A stretch of 63,989 bases of DNA, filler included, from Bigelowiella natans CCMP2755 (taxonomy: Eukaryota > Protista > Cercozoa): assembly GCA_000320545.1 (NCBI GenBank). It is 12 parts of 12 records of this genome, joined end to end, with 100 filler letters (N's around TTAATTAATTAA, not from the genome) between each part and the next. Parts side by side here need not be neighbours in the genome. Positions count along the whole stretch, not along the records: positions 28,450 to 46,203 come from ADNK01001620.1; positions 46,304 to 48,237 come from ADNK01000264.1; positions 48,338 to 52,508 come from ADNK01000288.1; 9 more parts are not named here. One strand, given 5' to 3'. The notes under the pieces were generated by a model. It searched no databases. It saw only the letters and a list, made by a program, of their open reading frames with translations, and was not told the DNA's origin. Position numbers and translations under genes: made by a program. This document shows positions 40,181 through 51,300 of this stretch, piece after piece. Each line of letters begins with the position of its first letter. Position 1 is the first letter of the stretch.

Positions 40181-40226
<46 letters not shown>

Positions 40227-40284
40227 TACATATGTAATATTTGCACATAGTATTTACTGCTACCACCACCACCATTACTACTAT

Positions 40285-40317
<33 letters not shown>

Positions 40318-40425
40318 CACCTCAAGTTCGGTCAGAATCGCCTTCACCATATCATCAACAGAGCGCAGTGTGCCCAGCCGCTGCCGGTAGATTCTGTCGC
40401 TCTCCTCTAACGTATCAAAAGAGGA

Positions 40426-40460
<35 letters not shown>

Positions 40461-40564
40461 CATTGGCTCTGTGTTGCTATAGTAGTAGTAGTAGCAGTAG
40501 TAGCAGTAGTAGTAGTAGTAGTAGTAGTAGTAGTTGCTGTGGCTGTCAATGATGACGATGAGGA

Positions 40565-40599
<35 letters not shown>

Positions 40600-40799
40600 C
40601 TAGGGAGAATGACAACTCGCTTCACGCCCAAAAATAGTCATTTTTTGTCATGATTGCTGCCGGGCAAGTGGCTCCTGCTGTTTACCGATTTGCGTGTCGT
40701 CCATAGGGGGGACGTTCCTTACGGTCTGGTGACGGTCCTCTCCAGGCTGTGGAAGTACAAATAGCATGGAGAGTGTTGCAGTGTTCTCAGAATGACATG

Positions 40800-40844
<45 letters not shown>

Positions 40845-41132
40845 CGCGCGCGCGTGTGTGTGCGCGTCGTGCGCATATTTAAGTCATATTTAAGTCCTCT
40901 TTAATAGCTTGGATTGCTATCCTTCTTCTTCTTCTTCGTGTTCTTCTTCTTGCTCTCTCCACCTGGTTCCATGTGGGTGTTCTCGGCGCCCTCCACCCTG
41001 TCGCTGTCGCCTGTGAGATAAGAGGTGATGCGATGATTCGTACAACTTTGGAGTGCCGAAGGGATTACACACACACACACACACACACATTATCTAATAA
41101 TAATAATAATAATATACATCATAATATACATC

Positions 41133-41170
<38 letters not shown>

Positions 41171-41900
41171 GTTGTATATTTGTGTTGCATGTGTTGCATG
41201 TGCGTGTGTGTGTGTGTGCTAGTAGCATGACCATGACCGCGTCACCATTGTCATCAGCGTACCTCGTACTGTGGCGAAGGCGTGAAGCTAGCATGCGCTG
41301 CGGGTGTCCCAATCATCATGTAAAAGGGCTGCTGCTGCTGGCCCTTTCGTTGTCTTTGCTCGCTGCCGGAGCTTCTGCCGTCTCCATGATTTCCTGGGGG
41401 TGCAGATGCACTTGCACTAGCGCTACCGTTATCATCATTATCTTGTTGTATAAATCGGAGCGCCCGCGCTGCCAGGACGTCAGTGAGATAGTCCTCCTCG
41501 TAGACATCCCCATGGACCTTTAGGCAAGATGAATCGAACGATTGTCATAGCATGAATGTGAGGATTCTACCCCTATTTAAGGACTATCTTCATCATCATC
41601 GTCAGCATCATCTTCCTCTTCACCGCAACTATACTTCCAGATGCTGCTGCTGCTACTTCTTTACCTCTTCTTTCCCGTTGTCGCTGATTGTGTAGTTGTA
41701 ATACCTGTACAATGTATATTATTCGCACTGAAAGTTATTGTGTTTCAGAAGTAGACGCGTGAACATATGTCGCGGCGTCGAGAAATCTGCAGGGCATTTT
41801 AGAATGAATGAGCGAATGACCTGGAGTTGCCTTTCAATGCATACCAATCGGTCCATCCTGGTGGCACGTACGCTGTTCCTTCCGCTCCTATAAACGGTAC

Positions 41901-41944
<44 letters not shown>

Positions 41945-43126
41945 GAGAGAAGCATCACCACCATCCTCATTAACAACAGCAGCAGATTCGCCGATGCGGA
42001 ATCTTGACATCAAGGAGGATATTTTATTGTTGGATATAAGGGGGGTTAAAAGGGGGGGCGGGGGCGGAGGGAGAGGGGTTATGGGCAAAACCAAGTTCTA
42101 CCACCGTGAGCGCCTGTGTTCGGAAATCCGTAATTGTTGAGGTACTTTCCGGCGTAGAGTGTACGATATCCTGCCCTTTGCATGTGGACCGCTAGAGAAT
42201 CAACCTCGACTGATTGGACGATAAGAATGATGGAATTGATCAGAGCTATTGTTTTCAGCGAGCTTCACATGATAGTATATCCTGCCGCTGCTCTTTTGAG
42301 AGATGAATAATCGCCACGGGATAATGGTTTTTTTTTGGAATTGGGAAGCAATATGGCTATCCCTGCTTGGCCATTTTGACAAAATGAGGAAAATGAAAAG
42401 GAAGTTGCAATACCCGTCTCACTCCACGATCGAGATGCACAATCTCCTTGCAGTGAGTTATTTCTGGGAGGTAGCACACAGTAGATGGAAATAGAGAGAG
42501 GAGGGGGGGGGACATAGCAAAGAAGCACGGCGTTATGATGATTTCCTTTTCCAACCAATCTCAATCCCTTACCTACCTTGCACCATGATTGTGGACGTAG
42601 CGGCCAGAGAGGAGAGAAGATCGCGATGGACAACAAACCTATAGATTTATTTTATAGCTGATGCCACGCTAGTTTCTGCGGCAGTCATAGCTTGAGGGGG
42701 GGGGGGGGGGGCTTATTTCTCTACCGGCGTGTTAGCGAATGCATGGCTGAATGTGATTCCCTTCCCTGCAATCTGTGGAAGATAAAATCGTTCATAAGTC
42801 GTAACTTTGCATGCACACACTGCCCACACGGGAGACAGAAAGAGAGAGAGACTAATTGTGGATTAAAATGCACTCATTTTAGATGAAAAGAACCTCAGAC
42901 ATGACGACGGGCTGGAACGCAGTGGAATTTAGCAAGGCATCTTGATCATCTGTCAGAACTGTGAAAGAAGAAGACGGAAGGATGATGGTGGGACAAAGTG
43001 AGCTGCTCAGACATTTGCATTACCCACAATAACGTTCGGCTGATTCCCAAAGTGCCGTGCGCCCTTCGCTACCCCAGCTAGAACGGATAGGAGCGCCAGC
43101 AAGGTCGTCAGCATGTTCTGGAGCAT
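37000..43126 (-). CDS. GNS: Secreted/lysosomal formylglycine-dependent sulfatase, N-acetylglucosamine-6-sulfatase (GNS)-like, ~25 exons
   Basis: Signal peptide MLQNMLTTLLALLSVLAGVAKG, then QPNV / LTDDQDALL / GITFSHAFANTP / CPSRSSLLSGRYVHNHG (CxPSR motif) / GYRTLYAGKYLNNYG / VPPGWTDWYALKGNS / DYLTDVL / PFYMMIGTPAAHA / RLGTLRSVDDMV / LDNTFIFYTADHGFHL / GFDKRQLYETD / IRVPLFVR / VSHVDLAPTILDLA / NNTYSCVR / EYYDLRKDPYQQQN / ...LENCSGQRECNSEQQE*. Confidence 0.92.
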
Positions 43127-44206
43127 GGGATGAGATTCTATGCCACGGTGGGAGGGGGCCAAAAATGGGGTGGATCTCCTGACAACCAAATAACGGTAAA
43201 AAGTGTCCAGAATCCTCTGCGTTTATGGAAAAATAGCCACAATTCCGGGAATTGCGTCAGCTCGAGTACCCACAATTTTTTGGTTCGGAATCACCTAAAA
43301 ATAATTGTCCAACAGCTCTTCCCGAACGTCTTAACACTATCCTAGAAGCAACTCAGCCTTATTTTTTAGAACAAGCTCGCTTCTTGCACAACTTGCTGTC
43401 GAAAAGATAAGCGCTTGAGAGGGATACGGATAATTACTTCATTATTCCCCTGGAATGCGTGATTTACAACTTCTCATTTCACACAAAGTTAGGCTGTGTT
43501 CGGACAGCTTCTTCTTCTTCCTAATCTTCTTATTATTAGGGGTACGGTACTTTGGCTAGATGTTATTTAATTTTGCGCGTGCGTTCATGGATTCTCTTAG
43601 ATTCCAGGATCTCGTTTTTTCTCTTGAAGACAAAGATTCATACATTTCTTAGGGTAAAAAGCCCTTCATTTTGATTGATAATTGATGTAGGACTTTGTGC
43701 TTGGTTTCCCGAATCCAAGATAGCCGAGTTGAAGAGTCAGAACTTGCATCTTGATTCCGGCGTAGAAGCCGTATTTCCTTGGTTATTTTAGATGCGACAA
43801 CTTTGTATCCGAGTATCTCTAACAAATACGCTTAACGAAAAATTCAAGTAGACCACAAGAAAAAGAGAATTGCAATTCATGGGGAATGCCCGCAGACGAT
43901 TCCTTGCTTTTCGGGTACGGGGAGAGGGTTACTGAAATTAGGAGGCAGGATTAGCATAGCGGAGTGCTACTGCCTTTATCGTCTGATGATCAGTATTTCT
44001 TTGATATAAAAAAAATATTACGATAAGTCGAGTGACTTTTTTTTACTGCGGAGGATTCCTACGAGTGCCGAAGCCAGTATAGTTTCATTACCAGTAGTCT
44101 TACGAGGGGAAGATAGATGTCAAATCACTTTTGACTGGTTGGAAAGAGAAAAAAACTTAATTTGAACTTCTTTCATGAGGTGCTGAGACTCTTCCTTAAC
44201 AACAGA

Positions 44207-45157
44207 TAAGGTCTTGATATCCACCATCTCGAGGTAATGTCCTCTGCTATCTCATGTATATACATATATAAATATTATACCCCTTTATAGCTCATATTTC
44301 TATCTTAACTTCGCATTTGTAAAAGGTCTGGTCTCTGAGGAGGCTACTATGCAGAGACGACGTCCACCAAAGCGTCCACGCTCTGGCTATAACTACTTCC
44401 AGCTGAGTTTTCTTTCGGGGGGGAAGGGTTCCACAAGGCATACACAGCATGTAAGAGTCTTCACGACTACCTATGATAAGACATTGACGCAGCAATGCCA
44501 ACTTCCACCCCGACATATGCCAAGCCGTGTGTATTAGTGCAATGTTGTGATTTTGGCGTTAATTTAGCGTTGAGATGCAGAAGCGGGACGTCGTACATCT
44601 CGCCAATACCAACACTATCCAATCCTTACCAATATAGGCCGCAAAGGAAATCTCGAAACAATGGAAAAAACTCACAGCCGCTGAGAAAGAACCTTTCATG
44701 TAGCCTTCGATTCCATCCCCCCCTCCCCTTCCTGGCTCTTTCAACGTGAATGTTACCTAATCGAAGTCCAACTTGTGGTTATGCATCAGGGCTATGGCTA
44801 ATTACGACCAGCAACGTTACACAAGAGAGGTGAAACAGTTTACGTCAACGCTCCCCGTCGAGGTACACCATGTACATCTTAGACTGTGAGGTATTTGACT
44901 GAATTTCTGGATCAAAGAACGAGGAAAAAAAAAAAAAAGAGGGAGAGGGAGAGAAACGAAGAGTAGCAGAGATAAGCACTATCGGTTGTCACGAGTCCTC
45001 CTTTCGCCCGAGTATCTCTTCCTCCGCTCGCTCTCATTATTCTCCTTCATGATCCCCTCCCTCTCCGCCCTAAAGTCGCAATTGCAACTGGGCGGTATTA
45101 GTTTGCCTCCAGACACTGCAGAGGGCAGAATGCTGCAACACCTTCAACAGCAGTTTC

Positions 45158-45189
<32 letters not shown>

Positions 45190-46203
45190 CCACATCCATC
45201 CAGGATTTCAGGCCTGCAGCAGCACCGCCACCACCAGCAGTTCATCGCCCCATCGCTTCTTCCCAGCAGCAGCGGTAGCAACAACAATGGCGGCGGCAGC
45301 GGCAGTGGCTGGGTTTCTACAGCACCATATTCGCACTTGTCATCATCGTCCTTATTACCCTCCAACCTTGGTAGTAAGTACCATCTCGCGCCCGACCGAA
45401 AGCAGATGCAACTCGTCGCCGCTCATCAGCGCCGCCAACTCGGCCCGTTTTACAACCACCGACAGCAGCAGCAACTGCGCCACCGGCAGCATCAACCCAT
45501 CTCCTTTTCTCCTCTCCATCCCCAACAAACAGCACCCCCCCGCCAAGATATTCATCATTTGGAGAATACACCGGCAATCCTTCATCATCACCATCATCAT
45601 CGTCGCCATCAGCAGCAGCAACAGCCGGTGGCAGCGGCTGCTTCACCAAATCTGCTCCCACACCCTAGCCAGCCACTTGCCTCAATGTCAGGAGCAGTAA
45701 CAGCAGTAACAGTAGCAGCGGCAAAAGGGTCTCACGCAGCTTCTGCCCCCCCCCCTTCTATCCGCCAGCTCCAGCAGCAAAGCTGGAGGGGTAGTGGAAG
45801 CGGTGACGGCGGCGGCGGCGGCGGCGGCGGTGGTAGTAGCAAATCCCCAAAGCAATACGATGACAGGCAGAGAATTCTTCTCACATCGTTGCAGCACCAG
45901 AAACAGCAGCAGCAGCAGCAGCCGCAGCCAACAGCCACTGTTCCGGTCAGTTACGTCCAAACAAAAGGGGGGGGGGGGGCAACAATCCCCCCAGCCCCAG
46001 CCGCTCCAGGACATGAGGGCCGTCCCCCAATAGCTTCTGACGCTCCCGACGACAACGATGAGCCGAAGAGGGGGGGGGGGGGGGGTGAAGGACGGGTGCC
46101 GCAAACGACTTTGCAACAACTGACGAACAGCCAGCAGCAGCAGCAGCACAGAACGGCAAAAGACGATAAGTCGCAAATCATACCCGTTTTCAGGGCTACT
46201 ACT
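44207..46203 (+). CDS. HMG-box protein with long Gln/His/Gly-rich low-complexity region, 3'-partial
   Basis: Exons RRPPKRPRSGYNYFQ / AAKEISKQWKKLTAAEKEPF / AMANYDQQRYTREVKQF form a full HMG box. A >1 kb poly-Q-rich exon (ORF 44986-) then runs into the spacer. The start is uncertain. Confidence 0.78.
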
Positions 46204-46391
46204 NNNNNNNNNNNNNNNNNNNNNNNNNNNNNNNNNNNNNNNNNNNNTTAATTAATTAANNNNNNNNNNNNNNNNNNNNNNNNNNNNNNNNNNNNNNNNN
46301 NNNAGTGAAAAAAAAAAAAAGCCCACAAACAAATAAAAAAGCCCCCTCTCAACATCTTCTTTGCCCCCCCGCGCTCCTCTCTCCTCCTCTC

Positions 46392-46437
<46 letters not shown>

Positions 46438-46530
46438 CTCTCCTCTCTCCTCTCTCTCCTCTCTCTCCTCTCTCCTCTCTCTCCTCTCTCTCCACTGACA
46501 CCACTGCTTTTTACCACGTACCGAACCGAA

Positions 46531-46849
46531 GGTTCCCTAGTCTCAATGATGCGATGGACGAGTTCTTCTCAAAAGTCGAGATGCAGAAGGAATCGGCGAA
46601 AACGGAAAAGGCATTTCTTTGTCTTCATTGTCGTTCACAGAGCACACATCACCACCGCCATCCATCGTCAACACCCTATTATCATCATCGTTATCATCAT
46701 CGTCGTCGTTGTTATCATCATCGTGCGAATGTTCGAATACACACACGTACATGCGCACGCATATTCGCATCATCATCATCATCATCAGGACAAAGCAAGC
46801 GCTTGGGCTAAAGTGGAGCGTGTGAAGAAAGACCACGTCACCAGGTGAG

Positions 46850-46885
<36 letters not shown>

Positions 46886-47662
46886 GAGTGATACTGCTCG
46901 TACAGCGATAGGAATAGTAATAGTAGTAGTTGTTGTTGTTGTTGTAGTTGTAGTAAAGAACTTAACTATATGCAGAAGAGTAGGCCACGTTCTAATATAG
47001 CATTCCCTTGTTCCTTCTCCTTATCGCTTCTGCCCCTCCCCCCCCCTCCTGGCTCTGCCCAATTTTTCTTCTCCTTCTTCTCCTTCTTCTTCTTCTTCTT
47101 CTTCTTCTTCTTCTTCTTTGGAACAAGACTGAAAAAACTAGAGGATTTAGGCACGAGCAATGAGTTCAAAGCAGAGCTGATAATGAACAACCTCGATCTC
47201 GCAAACGGTGCAAGACAAGCTGTTTTGCAGGCCTTAGCTCAGGGTAAGAAGAAGAGAGAGAAAGAAAACAGAAAGAAAGACAGACAGAAGAGAGTAACAA
47301 CTCGATGCATGCGTTTTCTCCTCCGCATCCTCCTCCTCTCCTGCTCCTGCTCCTGCTGCTACTGCCCATAGCCGTATATCATCATCATCATCATCATCAT
47401 CAATCATCATCATCATCATCAATCATCATCATCATCATCAACCATCATCAACCATCATCATCATCAATCATCATCATCATCTCAGGGATGGACTGGAAGC
47501 AACTTGGGGATCTTGTCGAGAGAGAAAGAGAGTATTTACTGAACAACACTTGAGAAAAACAAGACTACGACATTCATCACGACAACGGCTTTAAGCGCTT
47601 TACACTCGAAAACGAGGACAGATACGCACACACATACGCACACACACATACACACACACACA

Positions 47663-47722
<60 letters not shown>

Positions 47723-48140
47723 GCTCTCTTACTTTTTCTCGCAAAAACGCCATCATCGTTGTCGCCCTGCTCGTTCTTTCCTCCTTTTTTGAAAATTAAA
47801 CGTCCTCTTCTTCTCCTTCTCCTGTTGTGCCTCTTCCTTCCTTCTCCTCCTCCTCCTCCTCCTCCTCCTCCTCCTCCTCCTCCTCCTCCTTCTCCTTCTT
47901 CATCATCTTCTTCTTCGTAATACTACGCCTGTTCAAGTGTTGGAAATGCCGTGGCAGGAGCCATTGCTAACCTTGATCTTCCCAACAACAAAATCACACT
48001 CAATCTTCCTGCTCCTGACGATGAAGACGATGATGAAGACGACGATGATAGGAAAGCAGCAGCCGAAGCAGATAAGGGCGGTGGAGGCGAAGATGATGAT
48101 GATGGTAACAGCAGCGATGGGGGAGCAAAAGGAGAGCAAT
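46531..48140 (+). CDS. NEMF: Ribosome quality control subunit NEMF/Rqc2, internal fragment
   Basis: Exons FPSLNDAMDEFFSKVEMQKE / DKASAWAKVERVKKDHVTR / LKKLEDLGTSNEFKAELIMNNLDLANGARQAVLQALAQG / MDWKQLGDLVERER / GNAVAGAIANLDLPNNKITLNL match the NEMF coiled-coil/middle region. Confidence 0.88.
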
Positions 48141-48165
48141 CTCTTCTATTATATACATATAGATA

Positions 48166-48237
<72 letters not shown>

Positions 48238-48337
48238 NNNNNNNNNNNNNNNNNNNNNNNNNNNNNNNNNNNNNNNNNNNNTTAATTAATTAANNNNNNN
48301 NNNNNNNNNNNNNNNNNNNNNNNNNNNNNNNNNNNNN

Positions 48338-51300
48338 ACGAAATACAACGGGAAAAGAGGTGAGGCAAGGAGGTGGTGGAAGAACGCTAGGAGTATACTC
48401 TGCGACTTTACCCCTAACCCCACCGAAAACGACAAGCTCAAATGGCTAGCTATAATAAAGCAAGCCATGGACCTTTACGAGACAGGCAGGACCCGGATCA
48501 GGCAGCTAGAGAAAATACACACTACAGTTAGTGGGCTACGAGACGTTGAGGCGATAATGAAGGCTTTTGTAAATGAACAGGATGCTAACTCCCTACCCCA
48601 GGCTATTAGAAAATACAGAGCAATGATGCAGCATGAGAGAGAGCCTGTTAGAGACTTTGCCAGGCGCTTCCAGGATATGATCGACGAACTACATGATTTT
48701 AATTACAACACAGGTGATGATCAGGCAAGGTTTGAAGAGTTCAAGTTAAAGATAAAGGAATCCACTTACGTTACGGAGAAAGGCTACACCACGATGGAGG
48801 CAGCAGTGCAGGCTATATCCCTACGCGACCAGGAGCAGGACCGCAAGTTTACCAGCCCTAAGGTACCTGGCATAGGAAACATTAACGCTATTAAGCCGCA
48901 GCGAGACTGGTACAAGGACAGGGAAGGTAACCGACGTTGCGGATACTGCTCACGTAAAGGGAAACACACCGCTAAAGACTGCAGAGACAGGAAAGAAGGA
49001 CGACCCAGGATGACGATCAGGCAGCTCAACGAACACTACGAGAAGTTAAAGAGAAAGAAAGGCAGAGGACAAGGATATAACAACAGCAAATGGCAAGGCA
49101 GCAACAACGGGAAGAACAATAAATATAAGAACAAAAAGCAGAACAGTATCAATGCTATACAGCAGCAGATAAACGGAATATTAGATCACCTTAAGCAGGC
49201 GCCGACGAAGACAGCAGTACCAGCAACGCAGGACCAAGACAAGCCCATGACCCTAGACGACATAAAGAACTTAGGAGTATGCAACATTAATGACGAAGAC
49301 GCTAACAGGACTATCAAAGTTGCTATGACCAAGGTTAAAGTTAAAGACAGCTACGGAGACTACAAGAAACTACCTGCCCTTTGGGATAGTGGCAGCATGC
49401 CGAAGTCCTTCATAAGCCTAAGCACAGTAAGAAGGTTAGGACTATTGGATCAAGTGACTAAGAAAGAACGTAAATATGCTCAAGCAGACGGAAGCTCTTC
49501 CATGAAGACCGTCGGTGAGCTAATGCTAAAGCTACAGATACCTGGCAGCGACGCGGAGACCCAAATCAAGACCCGAGTAGCCATGACTTTATCCATGGAA
49601 CTACTCCTCGGACAGGATGCCCTAGAAAAATTAGGGGGGATCATATCATTCTACAATCACAAGATATACTTTGCTAAGTTGCCAAAGAAGTCAGGCAGGA
49701 CCATCAGCCAGAACATGATACGGCTTGACGAGTGGACCTCTGAGTCAAGCGTTAATGCGTTAGAGTTTATGGACCTAGCGGACAACAAGCTACCTACACC
49801 TACCGAGCTACGGAAGAAGAACCCCGGCAAGACCATCCGACAGATAACGGAGCTACTGGACAAGACCCCCCCAGCTGATGATTGGGATATCGACAAAGGC
49901 AAAAAGTACATTAATAAAATATTAAACGAGAAGTACTCTGACATCACCAAGCCGACGACGAAGCCCTCCAGCAAGCTTACCCCAGTAAAGATCGAGCTAA
50001 AGAAGGGATACGAAGAGTGCATCATCAATGACCCAGAACATAGGCGACCGGAAGCGGACTGGGAAAAGATAGAGTGGCAGATCAATGAATGGGCAAAGGA
50101 AGGGAAGATAGAGCCAAGCAACTCACCATGGAACGTGAGACATGTGCTAGCTAAGAAACCTACTTACCCTTTCTTCCGCCTGGCGCACAACTTCATCCGC
50201 CACAACCGAGTAATAAAGAGGATCCAGACACCTACACCAAGGATAGATGACGTTATTGAACACGTCATAGGATACAAATACTACTCTTCCCTAGATAAAA
50301 ATGAATCATACATGCAGACACCCATCCACAAAACCTCCCGCCCCATTACCGCGTTCTCCAGCAGGCACAGGAAGTGGCACTTCGTCGTATTCCCTTACGG
50401 CCTAAGCATATCAGGGGATGCGTTCAGTAGTCAGAACTACAGGGCATACACACATGATGGGATGGCGTCTGTGTTGTGGGTGTTTGTGTTTGTGTATGTG
50501 GATGATGACATAATATGTACCAACACAGTCGTCGCTCAGATCTTCCTCCTGGAAAATATATTTATTAGGTTTGCACACTTCGGTTTTACTATTAGACTGC
50601 AGAAGTGTACATTCCTAGCTACAAGAATCAAGTGGTGTGGATATTACCTGGAGCAAGGCCGCATCACCCCAAACCCCGAGAAAGTAGCAGCACTACAGCA
50701 AGCCCCTAAACCTAAGAATGCAAAGGAGTTAAAGTCATTCTTGCAGACTGCAGCTTGGATACTACGTAGGTTCTCCCCTACCTACGCTAGGACTGCAGCT
50801 GCTTTTACTACTGCTTACCGGAAGGAGAACTCTGTAGGCCTCAGCTTCGCTAAGGTGTGGGCCAAGGCTGGCCTTGATGCCCACTTCGATAACCTAATAA
50901 AGTTATGCAGCAACACCCTATTGAATGCTAAGCTAGACACTACTAGACCAGCTACCCTATGGACAGACTGGTCTAAGCTAGGTATGGCTGCTGTACTTAC
51001 CCAAGACCAGCAGATCATACGGGTGTGGGGCAGGGCCTGCACAGCAGCTGAGGCCAAGTACAGCCCTACAAAAGGAGAGTATAAAGCCATGACTGAGGCG
51101 CAGAGGAAACTAAGATACTACCTGCTGTCGGTGCCCAGCTTCACCTTAATGACTGACCACAAGCCCCTCCTAGGCATCGACCGCAAGCTCGAAGCGCCTA
51201 ACGATGAGTATGCAGCTATGAGGGCGGACACGGAAGAGTTTAGGGACAAGAGGACAGTGGTCTACGCACCAGGAGACAAGCAGCTTGCTGACTATTTCAG

